A stretch of 50,936 nt of DNA, taken from the NCBI GenBank assembly GCA_041661505.1, contig JBAZUF010000007.1, forward strand, positions 1-50,936. The letters run 5' to 3'. The DNA is from Patescibacteria group bacterium. GTDB lineage: Bacteria > Patescibacteriota > Patescibacteriia > Patescibacteriales > JBAZCA01. Positions within the stretch are counted from its first letter, which is position 1. Every line of letters begins with the position of its first letter. This document shows positions 1-8,009 of the stretch, piece by piece. The notes below the pieces were generated by a model. It searched no databases. It had not been told where the DNA came from and saw only the letters and a list, made by a program, of their open reading frames with translations. The position numbers and the translations under genes are program-made.

Positions 1-53
1 AGATATATTATTACAATAATATTAGGATTCAGGGTGATCTCAGGATGCCGCCG

Positions 54-425
54 TCAAAGTATTATGCCATTGCCGCCAAAGGTTGATTTCTGTGGACAAA
101 CGTGTCCGACGAAATGGGTGCATTCCATAATTTCGTCAATAATATTGTCGCAAGCGTTTACAAAACAAGCAAATTCCGAACAATTGGAAAACTTACCTAT
201 AACTCCTGACAATTCTAAAAAGTATTTGTCGATTACCCTGGGGTTTTCTTTCTTATCCTGCAAAGTCTTAATGGTAATCAAAATATTTTTTATTTCTTTT
301 GTGTTTTGAAGATATTTATTCAGATCAGGATGTCTTATGTCAAATACATAAAATTCGTCCAAAGAATCTTCCTTGCGCTTTTTTGATATTTCAAAATAAT
401 ACTGGTTGTCCCGAAGTTTGCTCAT
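54..425 (-). CDS. hypothetical protein (123 aa); its start overlaps the 3' end of the upstream methyltransferase gene by 35 nt
   Basis: Complete ORF on the same strand as the MTase gene and overlapping it. No recognisable motif. Confidence 0.45.
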   Translation of the reverse strand: MSKLRDNQYYFEISKKRKEDSLDEFYVFDIRHPDLNKYLQNTKEIKNILITIKTLQDKKENPRVIDKYFLELSGVIGKFSNCSEFACFVNACDNIIDEIMECTHFVGHVCPQKSTFGGNGIIL

Positions 426-1566
426 GGTAAATAAGATTTAAAAATTTATAAGCCATATCGAATGAAATTCTTTTACGATTGTTATCTCTAAAATTGGTCA
501 AGAAGAATGAAGAATACTTGCTACGGTTATGATCTAATTCACTATTAAATTTTCTCATTAATTCAAGCTGTTCGTTGACAGATATGCTCTTCTTGAAAAT
601 CAAATGGGCCATATTGCGCGAAGTATTTTTGCCGACTAACCCGGAAATTTTATATTTTCTTATGTCTTCCAGCTGAATTTTTTTTCCGTTCTTGGAGTCT
701 ATCGCCCGCAAAAAAAGAATATTTCTCTCAAGCAAATTTTTGATGTCATCACTGATTCTCAAAATTCTTTTATCCTTAATATTCTGCAATGCTATTTCGA
801 CACTATATTCGCCTGACTTCATATAATCTTCGGTGAGCCGGAAAACGCCTAGACTATTTTTAGTATTCTTTATCTTATGAATAAAATCGCCGCCGAACTG
901 CCAGCCCCATCTTTTTTCTAGCGTCAATTTTATTTTTTTATTTTCCGGATAAATTACTGCATCTATGATATTCTTTTCACTCCCCCCTTTCTTTTTTCTG
1001 AAATAGAATGAAATAACATTGTAGGTCGTATCTTCAAAAACCTGCTCGGAAAAAATATTCAATCTTACAATTTCGAACTTTTCAAAAAACAGCCCCCGGA
1101 TCCTACTTGAATTTTCCGCGCATAAAAAATTAAGGGGCACAATAAGTATTCCTTCTTCGCAATTCAAGATAGAGAAAATTGAAATTTGGTATAAGTCTTC
1201 GAAATTAGAATTAGCACCGGAAAAAAATTTTTCCTTGACCTTTCCAGAAGCTTTGTTTTTATTGAGGTAGGGCGGATTAGTGCAGACAAATTTGTAATTT
1301 TTTGGAGAATTTATGGAATCGCTGAAGAAGACTTTCTTGCCGTCAATATACCGTTTGTCGCAGTCAAAACCGACAAATCTTTTACATTTGTTGTTTTTGG
1401 CCCAGTTGAGCAAATCCTGGTTACCTGCAAAGGGATCGGTCACTTCTTTATTCTGGACAAATACGCCGAACCTTTCCAGAATTGAATCCGAATTGGTAGT
1501 AAAAAACTGGCCTAAATTGCGCTTTTTTGCTGCCGCTGTCATGTCTTCATTATAGCAAAAATTCAT
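391..1566 (-). CDS. N6-adenine DNA methyltransferase, gamma-class (TaqI/Eco57I-like), with a C-terminal target-recognition region
   Basis: The motif order is GQFFTT (motif X), then DPFAGNQDL (AdoMet motif I-like), then TNPPY (motif IV). About 250 aa of non-catalytic C-terminal sequence follow. Confidence 0.8.
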   Translation of the reverse strand: MNFCYNEDMTAAAKKRNLGQFFTTNSDSILERFGVFVQNKEVTDPFAGNQDLLNWAKNNKCKRFVGFDCDKRYIDGKKVFFSDSINSPKNYKFVCTNPPYLNKNKASGKVKEKFFSGANSNFEDLYQISIFSILNCEEGILIVPLNFLCAENSSRIRGLFFEKFEIVRLNIFSEQVFEDTTYNVISFYFRKKKGGSEKNIIDAVIYPENKKIKLTLEKRWGWQFGGDFIHKIKNTKNSLGVFRLTEDYMKSGEYSVEIALQNIKDKRILRISDDIKNLLERNILFLRAIDSKNGKKIQLEDIRKYKISGLVGKNTSRNMAHLIFKKSISVNEQLELMRKFNSELDHNRSKYSSFFLTNFRDNNRKRISFDMAYKFLNLIYHEQTSGQPVLF

Positions 1567-1702
1567 ATAGAAATAAAATTATAGAGCCAAAATCATTTTC
1601 CAGGCGTTATAAGCTGAAAGAGATTCAAATATATTTGACCTAAAATATTTAATTATCTCTTTTAGGTTTTGGATTTTTAATCATACATTTTTTATTTATA
1701 AA

Positions 1703-1948
1703 TTACTCGCAATAAACCTCCTCCAGCTTCCAGGAAAGATCGCGGGTAAAAAAGGCCAGGCGGAAAAAGTTAAGGCTGTCGGAAACGCTGAAGTAATAGA
1801 TTTTGTCGCCGCCCAGTTTTTCTTTATGCACCAGATTGAGTTTTTCGATCTTATAAGTTTTACTGCGCCACTTAAAAAAAGTCGGCATCACTCTCTGCTT
1901 ATCAAACTTTACTAAGACCTCTACTGATTCATTGATTTTTTCATGCAT
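1703..1948 (-). CDS. small hypothetical protein (81 aa), divergent from lexA and preceded by a promoter with an SOS-box-like spacer
   Basis: Clean ORF. A TTTACT-17-TATAAT promoter on the minus strand has a spacer carrying GTTC-N7-GTTC. Confidence 0.6.
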   Translation of the reverse strand: MHEKINESVEVLVKFDKQRVMPTFFKWRSKTYKIEKLNLVHKEKLGGDKIYYFSVSDSLNFFRLAFFTRDLSWKLEEVYCE

Positions 1949-1984
1949 ATTTTTTTATTTAAGTAATTACCAGCCTGTGTATAA

Positions 1985-2013
1985 ATTATACCGAACAAAA
2001 GACGAACAGTAAA
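1985..2013 (-). promoter_or_regulatory. sigma70-type promoter of the 81-aa gene with an embedded LexA-box candidate (GAAC-N7-GAAC at 1993-2007)
   Basis: Read on the minus strand: TTTACT gttcgtcttttgttcgg TATAAT, with a 17-nt spacer. Confidence 0.6.
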
Positions 2014-2062
2014 CTTAATTTTATTTTAGCCAATATTAGCTATTAACATGTCAATTGAATAT

Positions 2063-2091
2063 TTGACTTTCGCTTTTTGTTCGGGTATAAT
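2063..2091 (+). promoter_or_regulatory. sigma70-type lexA promoter with an embedded LexA-box candidate (2068-2082)
   Basis: TTGACT ttcgctttttgttcggg TATAAT, with a 17-nt spacer. The spacer is nearly the reverse complement of the 1991-2007 spacer. Confidence 0.65.
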
Positions 2092-2118
2092 GAATATAGC
2101 TGTGGATAACTATAATTC

Positions 2119-2181
2119 AATTTTCAATTATCAATGTACAATTATTAATTGATCATTGTTAATTAAAAATTGGCAATTTAC
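2119..2181. repeat. nine tandem heptads with AATT at a strict 7-nt period in the lexA 5' leader
   Basis: AATT (or AATG/CATT) starts at 2119, 2126, 2133, 2140, 2147, 2154, 2161, 2168 and 2175. The array ends 4 nt before the ATG at 2183. Confidence 0.85.
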
Positions 2182-2182
2182 T

Positions 2183-2797
2183 ATGGGAACTCAAATTACC
2201 AAACGCCAAAGGCAGATTTTAGACTTTATAAACGATTTTACCAAAAAAAATAACTTCGCGCCGAGCTACCGGGAAATCGGCGAATACTTTGAACTCCGTT
2301 CCCCGGCAACGATCCATGACCATATCCAAGGTTTAAAAAAGAAAGGCTTTTTAAAAACCTCTTATAATGAAGCCCGGTCAATTGAATTGGTGGAAGCGGC
2401 TGATTTTGACGTTAACAAGAATATTGAACTGCCTTTAGTCGGCTATATCGCGGCCGGCGAACCGATTGAGGTGATGGAACAGCAGGATATGATAGCCATC
2501 CCGGCTGAATTTAAAATTGACCGCTTCAATAGCTATGTCTTAAAAGTCAAAGGCGAGTCAATGATTGATGAAGGAATTATGGATGGCGATTATGTTATAG
2601 TGGAGCGTAATCCATCGCCCAGAAACGGCGACGTAGTGGTCGCGCTTTTACATAACGCTTACGCCACATTAAAAAAATTCTACCGGGAAGCCGATAGAAT
2701 CCGTTTACAGCCGGCTAATCCTAAAATGAAGCCGATCTACGTCCGCGATCCCTTAATCCAGGGAATCGTCAAAGGGGTGATAAGGAAATTTGATTAA
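2183..2797 (+). CDS. lexA: LexA repressor (S24 peptidase family)
   Basis: N-terminal winged HTH (TKRQRQILDFI...SYREIGE), an Ala-Gly cleavage site in IAAGEP, the Ser nucleophile in KGESM and Lys in ATLKKF. The ATG at 2183 is preferred over the TTG at 2156. Confidence 0.93.
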   Translation: MGTQITKRQRQILDFINDFTKKNNFAPSYREIGEYFELRSPATIHDHIQGLKKKGFLKTSYNEARSIELVEAADFDVNKNIELPLVGYIAAGEPIEVMEQQDMIAIPAEFKIDRFNSYVLKVKGESMIDEGIMDGDYVIVERNPSPRNGDVVVALLHNAYATLKKFYREADRIRLQPANPKMKPIYVRDPLIQGIVKGVIRKFD

Positions 2798-3600
2798 GAG
2801 AAAAATAATTTGTTTGCCAATTTAAAGAACAGGCTTTCCTGTTCTTTTTTGGTAAAAACGCTTTTGGCGATTTTTAAATAAGGCCTAACCTGGTTTAACG
2901 GCGTATCTACGCCGAAAAAATCCGTCCCAAACATGGTTTTCTTTTTCGCCTCCGGAAAGTAAGCGAAGGCTCTCTTTAAATCCGCCGCGTATTGGCGGAC
3001 CAGATTATTCATATCCCAAGCGTTGCCGCACTCGTCAATCGTCCCGGAAATATCCGTATAGACGTTCTTATTTTTACTAACTACGTTGGCTGTTTCCAGA
3101 AAATAAGGAAACCCGAAATGAGAAATAATAATTCTACATTTAGGGAATTTTACGGCCAGCTCGTCGACGTGCGAAGGATTTGAATACTTTAAAATGGCAT
3201 TACCCTTTTCGTCAAAAACATCGCCGAAATGGAAAATTAAAGGCTTATTATATTTTTGGCACAACCTCGCGATTGGATAAACAATTTTGTCTGACGGGTA
3301 AAAATATTTGTAGCCCGGATATAATTTAATTCCGCGCATCTTTCCGGCCTTGAACCATTTTTCCAAAATCTTAAGCTGGCTCGCTATATTCTTATCCATT
3401 ATTACCGTGCCGATAAAATACAAATTACCCTTGGTTTCAGTAAATCTTAACACTTGCTCATTGCCAACGCTTTCCCAAGCCATTACTATAGCTTTAAAAT
3501 CTTTACTTCCGAGCCGGGCCGTATAATCCTGGTACATCTTTTCGTTATAAATATGGGTGTGGGCGTCAATAATCATATTGTTTTGCTGGTTAAAAGGCAT
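2794..3600 (-). CDS. metal-dependent amidohydrolase-family (TIM-barrel) hydrolase
   Basis: N-terminal IIDAHTHIY metal-binding motif. The length (268 aa) and later His/Asp positions are typical of the amidohydrolase_2 type. Confidence 0.65.
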   Translation of the reverse strand: MPFNQQNNMIIDAHTHIYNEKMYQDYTARLGSKDFKAIVMAWESVGNEQVLRFTETKGNLYFIGTVIMDKNIASQLKILEKWFKAGKMRGIKLYPGYKYFYPSDKIVYPIARLCQKYNKPLIFHFGDVFDEKGNAILKYSNPSHVDELAVKFPKCRIIISHFGFPYFLETANVVSKNKNVYTDISGTIDECGNAWDMNNLVRQYAADLKRAFAYFPEAKKKTMFGTDFFGVDTPLNQVRPYLKIAKSVFTKKEQESLFFKLANKLFFS

Positions 3601-3609
3601 GATAAAAAT

Positions 3610-4128
3610 TTAAATTTCAATTCCGGCCTCTTTCAGCTTTAAGAGGATAATTTTCAGCCAAACCGTGAACCTGGCGGGATTTTCCTCTATCACTTTTTCC
3701 AATTTTTCCAGGCTGACAAAACGCCAGTCTTCGGCTTCTTCCGGATTTAATACCGGGTCTTTGTCATATTTCCCAATTAATACATGGTCAAATTCATTTT
3801 CTATTAAACCATGATCCAGTTCTGTTTTATAGCTAAAGCTCATTACTTCCTTTAACTCGCATTCAAAACCCATCTCTTCTTTAAGGCGCCTCTCTGCGGC
3901 CGCTATTACATCTTCGCCCGGCCGCGGGTGGCCGCAGCAGGTATTACTCCAGAGCCCGCCGGAGTGGTATTTTCCTACCGCCCGTTTTTGGAGCAGAAGC
4001 TCGCCTTTAGAGTTAAATACCAGGATGGAAAAGCACCGGTGGAGCAATCCCAGCTTATGGGCTTTTAGTTTTTCTTCGCGACCGATTTCTTTGTCTTTTT
4101 CGTTAACTAAAATCACTTTTTCTTCCAT
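3610..4128 (-). CDS. idi: isopentenyl-diphosphate delta-isomerase, type 1 (Nudix fold)
   Basis: LLHRCFSILVFN...LLLQKRA..K...GLWSNTCCGHP...AAERRLKEEMG matches the IDI-1 signature, including the catalytic Cys. Confidence 0.88.
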   Translation of the reverse strand: MEEKVILVNEKDKEIGREEKLKAHKLGLLHRCFSILVFNSKGELLLQKRAVGKYHSGGLWSNTCCGHPRPGEDVIAAAERRLKEEMGFECELKEVMSFSYKTELDHGLIENEFDHVLIGKYDKDPVLNPEEAEDWRFVSLEKLEKVIEENPARFTVWLKIILLKLKEAGIEI

Positions 4129-4147
4129 GCCCGTTTTGATTTAAAAA

Positions 4148-5107
4148 TTATTTATAAAGCTCTTCTAAAAAAAACTTTTTTACTAATCTAAGAAAACGGG
4201 GGTTTTCGCGGTCATAATAAAAATAATGAAGCCTTTCCACGGACTTAATGAGATGCAAACCGCGCTCAATCTTGTCGATCTGCCTTGAAGAGCAGGCGGT
4301 TTTGCCATAGCCTCTAAAAAACGCGGCCCGGGCAGTTTTTCTTTTTCCTTTGTCTTTCCACGATTTAAGATGCCGCCACCACCAGGAAAGCTCAATAAAA
4401 TCCCAAAGCCAGATTCCTGACCAGGCATTATCCCAGTCAATAAGCATTAAACCGTTTTTTTTCGACCAAATGGTATTTTTCCTCGTCGCGTCGCCGTGGA
4501 TTAATACCGGCTTAAAGTCCTTATTATAGGGGCCCAGGATTTTTTCCACCTTTTCATTAAAAATGCCGATGACTTCCGTTTTTATCATTTTATCGGCCGC
4601 CAGCCGGTTTAAAAAGCGGTTGGCCCGCTCCAGTTTATAATTCAAAAAGTTTAATGATTTTCCCTTTCCTTCGTTAATCGGACCGAACTTTTTTACTTTT
4701 ATCTGGTGGACTTTTTTCAGGATTTTTCCCTTTTCAAAATACGACTGCGCAATCGTGCAGCAGCCGTTTTTTATCGCATCAAAGCCGTCTTCCCCTTCTA
4801 TAAACTCCGAAATCATGAAGCCGTGGGGAAAATATCTTTTGTCCCGGGTGAAAAAGAGGAGCTTGGCATGGGGAATTTTATTTTTTGCCAGGCGCCTTTC
4901 AATCCATTCTAATTTCCCGTCTTCCGGCCAATTCTCGAACTTAAAAATCCTGGCGATTACTTCGCCTTTAGCGGTGGTAATTTTAAAGACGTGGTTTACA
5001 TCCCCATTCTTCATCTTAACGCAGCTTATTACCCCGGTTTTGAGTACGCTTTTTACCGCCTGGATTATTTTTCCGTCGGTTTTCTTGTCGTAGTAGCAAA
5101 TTTCCAT
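4148..5107 (-). CDS. aminoglycoside/choline-kinase-like phosphotransferase (APH family)
   Basis: HGDxxxxN catalytic loop (LIHGDATRKN) and an IDWDNA metal-binding motif. Confidence 0.7.
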   Translation of the reverse strand: MEICYYDKKTDGKIIQAVKSVLKTGVISCVKMKNGDVNHVFKITTAKGEVIARIFKFENWPEDGKLEWIERRLAKNKIPHAKLLFFTRDKRYFPHGFMISEFIEGEDGFDAIKNGCCTIAQSYFEKGKILKKVHQIKVKKFGPINEGKGKSLNFLNYKLERANRFLNRLAADKMIKTEVIGIFNEKVEKILGPYNKDFKPVLIHGDATRKNTIWSKKNGLMLIDWDNAWSGIWLWDFIELSWWWRHLKSWKDKGKRKTARAAFFRGYGKTACSSRQIDKIERGLHLIKSVERLHYFYYDRENPRFLRLVKKFFLEELYK

Positions 5108-5132
5108 AAGGCTTTAACTATGCCTAAAATTG

Positions 5133-5203
5133 CTCGGAGGCTTGGATTCGAACCAAGATACTCAGGTTCAGAGCCTGAGGTCCTGCCGTTAGACGACCTC
5201 CGA
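5133..5203 (-). tRNA. tRNA-Gln (anticodon CUG); CCA not encoded
   Basis: Hand-folded cloverleaf. Acceptor TCGGAGG/CCTCCGA, D arm GTCT..GGAC, anticodon stem TCAGG/CCTGA with loop CTCTGAA, T arm CTTGG-TTCGAAT-CCAAG, discriminator G. Confidence 0.85.
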
Positions 5204-5227
5204 ATATTTTGATTATAAAAAAGTATG

Positions 5228-6853
5228 CTATTCGATTATTTTTCCGCCAAAAGTCTTTAGGAGGTTAGCCATCATGTCATTCCCGGCCGCCCCGGCGCCG
5301 GCATCTTTGGCGCTCTTGCCTGCCTGGCCTCCATTAGACTCCTTTTCCCCTTCCCGCCGGTCCGACTCTTGGCCTATTTCCATTGATTCGTCAATTATCA
5401 CTTCAACCCTTAACGGTAGATTATATACCTCTTTTAAAGTTTTTTCAACTATTGATTTTATAGACGGATTATCGATCCGGTCTTTATGGAATTTGTATTT
5501 AAAGGCCAGACATAAGCTGTTTTCGGAAACGCTCCTGGGTTCGCAGACTTTTAATACAAAAGACAGCGAATGGTTGTATTTTTTTACCCGGGCTAAAACC
5601 TCGTTCCATTTCTCCATCACCTTATCAATGGCAATGGCGGAAGGCGCGGATGGCCTCGGGCCGGCGCCTCTCGCGGCGTCCTGGGGTTTGGGAGACGGAT
5701 AGGCGTCTGTACGATTGGAAAAAGAAGGGCTGGCCGGAGCTGGCGAATCCTTGGCGCCGGAATAAAGCCCGATCCGGACAACGGCCAGTTCAAGCGGCAG
5801 CTGGGTGATAAACGAATTTTTTATCTCATTTCGGGCTAAAACCAATTCCTCGATCATAAATATAATCCGTTCAATAGCCAAATCTTTTCCCGCGGCCGTA
5901 AGCTCGATTTCAACTTGTTCGCCCAACTCCAGGCTCAAATTCTCGACTAAAGCCGGATTAATTTTAGCAAGCATCAGCCTTCTCAAAATTTCAATCAAAT
6001 TAGCGGCAAAATTTTTCAATTCCACTCCTTCTTCCGCCAGCCTGTTTATAAGGCGGATAGCGCCGACCGAGTCTCTTTTATTTAAAAATGCGACCAGGCT
6101 GATTATTTCGTTAATATCGCTTCTTGGAATTACGAGGCCGGCCTCTTCTTCGGTTATTTCCTTTCCGCCGACCGCCAAGAGCTGGCCTAAAAGGCTCTCG
6201 GCGTCCCGCATATGGCCTTCCGAGCGCCGGGCGATTTCTTCTAAAATATTATCGGAAATTTTCAAATCCTCGGCTTTGGCGATGTATTGGAGCTTTCGGA
6301 CGATATCCGGAACGCTAATTTTTTTTAAATCAAAGCGCTGGCAACGGGAAATTATCGTAGTCGGAACTTTATGAATTTCGGTTGTGCATAAAATAAAGAC
6401 AATGTGCGGCGGCGGCTCTTCAATCGTTTTTAAAAGCGCGTTAAAAGACGAGGTTGAAAGCATATGCACTTCGTCGATAATAAAAACTTTATACTTTAAG
6501 CGGCTGGGAGCAACGCGCGAAGAAGCGATTATATTTTCCCGGACGTTATCGACGCCAGTGTGCGAGGCCGCGTCAATTTCAGCAATATCAAAACTGCGGA
6601 ATTCATTTATTTCATCGCAGGACGGGCATTTGTTGCAGGGCTCGAATTTTCCTTCTTTCCGGGTTTCACAGTTTATCGCCTTGGCAAAAACCCGCGCTAG
6701 GGTCGTCTTGCCGATTCCCCGCGGACCGCAAAAAAGATACGCCTGGGCGATCTTGCCTGAAGCGATTTCGTGCGTAAGCGTAAGCTTTACGTGATTTTGA
6801 TTCACGACTTCGGAAAAATTATTAGGGCGGTGTTTTCTATATAGTGTAGTCAT
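5228..6853 (-). CDS. dnaX: DNA polymerase III subunit gamma/tau
   Basis: Walker A GPRGIGKTT, a Cys4 zinc module (CETRK..CNKCPSC), Walker B IIDEVHML and the SRC motif. A Pro/Ala/Ser-rich linker precedes the C-terminal domain. Confidence 0.95.
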   Translation of the reverse strand: MTTLYRKHRPNNFSEVVNQNHVKLTLTHEIASGKIAQAYLFCGPRGIGKTTLARVFAKAINCETRKEGKFEPCNKCPSCDEINEFRSFDIAEIDAASHTGVDNVRENIIASSRVAPSRLKYKVFIIDEVHMLSTSSFNALLKTIEEPPPHIVFILCTTEIHKVPTTIISRCQRFDLKKISVPDIVRKLQYIAKAEDLKISDNILEEIARRSEGHMRDAESLLGQLLAVGGKEITEEEAGLVIPRSDINEIISLVAFLNKRDSVGAIRLINRLAEEGVELKNFAANLIEILRRLMLAKINPALVENLSLELGEQVEIELTAAGKDLAIERIIFMIEELVLARNEIKNSFITQLPLELAVVRIGLYSGAKDSPAPASPSFSNRTDAYPSPKPQDAARGAGPRPSAPSAIAIDKVMEKWNEVLARVKKYNHSLSFVLKVCEPRSVSENSLCLAFKYKFHKDRIDNPSIKSIVEKTLKEVYNLPLRVEVIIDESMEIGQESDRREGEKESNGGQAGKSAKDAGAGAAGNDMMANLLKTFGGKIIE

Positions 6854-6913
6854 TTTTCATTATTAAATTCGTAAAAGCTGGGGCGAGAGCATGGCGCATG
6901 CGCCGCATGACAA

Positions 6914-7807
6914 TCAGCCAGCCTGGGCGAACAAAGTTCGCGCCTCCGGCTTGATTATATTTTCCACGGCGGCCCAGGACGATACGCCGTATTTTGGGAC
7001 TAGAATTATTGCTTCATCTCCGGCTTCTCCCCGGAAATACGTAACGCTCGCCGTTAAAATCCGGTAGCGCTTATCGTCTTTAGCGACGTAATATGCCCCG
7101 GCCGCGTCTTTCTCAAGCATTCCAATAATTCTTCCGCGCTCAACCGGTCCGATTTGCTTGTATAGAAAAGTTCCGTTTCCGGTTATAGTCAATTTCATCA
7201 TATCGCCCTCAACCAGTTTTGACTTGGAAGCGTAATTAGCCGGGACGCTGTATTGTTTTCCGTCCGGGCCAATCATTTTTTCGCCGTCAAAAACCCCTTC
7301 AATGATTTTTTCTTCGGTTTTCAAAGCCTTCTCGCCGGACGAAAAGCTGTCATCCGCCATTTGGCCAATAGCAACCCGGGCTTCATCCTCGTTTTCGAAA
7401 AACGGCGCCAGAAGCCTTGAAAGCTGTTCGTTATTTTCTTTGATATTTGAGATCAACTTTTTTATGAGAGCGATTTTCGTTTTCGGAAGAATTACATTTT
7501 CTTCTTTTACCTCTTCTTTTTTCGCAGGCAATTTTTCATTTTGAATTTTCTCTGATTTGTTTTGGTCTTTTTCCGCAATCTTGCCATCTATTTGCTCCTG
7601 AAAAATTCTTTCTGTTTCCTGTCGTTTTTCTTTAAAAGACAATTCATTAACTTGCGGAGAAATTATCTCCAGATCGTCTCTATTTTGCGATTCGTTTTGA
7701 TTATTGCCGTTTCCAAAGTTATCAGAAAATTCTCCCATTATAATATTATTGCCGTCGATATTCAGATCCAAATCATCTAAATTTTTTTTGTTTTGGTCGT
7801 CATGCAT
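6914..7807 (-). CDS. hypothetical protein with an acidic, low-complexity N-terminal half and a conserved-looking beta-rich C-terminal half
   Basis: Long ORF with coding-like composition. No recognisable motif. Confidence 0.5.
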   Translation of the reverse strand: MHDDQNKKNLDDLDLNIDGNNIIMGEFSDNFGNGNNQNESQNRDDLEIISPQVNELSFKEKRQETERIFQEQIDGKIAEKDQNKSEKIQNEKLPAKKEEVKEENVILPKTKIALIKKLISNIKENNEQLSRLLAPFFENEDEARVAIGQMADDSFSSGEKALKTEEKIIEGVFDGEKMIGPDGKQYSVPANYASKSKLVEGDMMKLTITGNGTFLYKQIGPVERGRIIGMLEKDAAGAYYVAKDDKRYRILTASVTYFRGEAGDEAIILVPKYGVSSWAAVENIIKPEARTLFAQAG

Positions 7808-7949
7808 AAGATTTTTGTTTTATCTCTCGCTCTCTAATCAGGCCTTTTACAGCTATCTATGTTTCTTTACTATATACAAATTTTTCAGTTTTGACAAGCC
7901 AAATTTTTAGTTAAATTATCAATAAAATTGAGGTTTTTATGAATTTTGC

Positions 7950-7981
7950 GAATAAAATGCCCCGGCTATTTTTTGCCGGGG
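7950..7981 (-). terminator. intrinsic terminator downstream of thrC
   Basis: On the minus strand: GCCCCGGC-aaaaaata-GCCGGGGC followed by attttatt. Confidence 0.7.
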
Positions 7982-8009
7982 CGCGCCTCCTTCTCTTTTT
8001 TAAGTGAGC

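Noticed and set aside
2101-2109. A perfect reverse DnaA box, TGTGGATAA, lies just downstream of the lexA -10 element.
   Set aside because: It is a single isolated 9-mer with no neighbouring boxes. It mainly shows that a lone perfect box can occur by chance, which tempers the origin interpretation at 41.9 kb.
4991-5212. A 73-aa plus-strand ORF spans the kinase/dnaX intergenic region.
   Set aside because: It overlaps the hand-folded tRNA-Gln on the opposite strand and the 5' end of the kinase gene, and it has no coding features.
6311-6331. There is a slippery run in dnaX. The minus strand reads GAT TTA AAA AAA ATT AGC. A -1 shift on A-AAA-AAA would read AAT then TAG, superficially like the E. 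coli dnaX gamma frameshift, which also stops right after the slip.
   Set aside because: The site lies at about residue 175, inside the AAA+ module just after the SRC motif. The truncated product would lack most of the clamp-loader fold. A-runs are frequent in this AT-rich genome, and no downstream stimulatory hairpin was seen.
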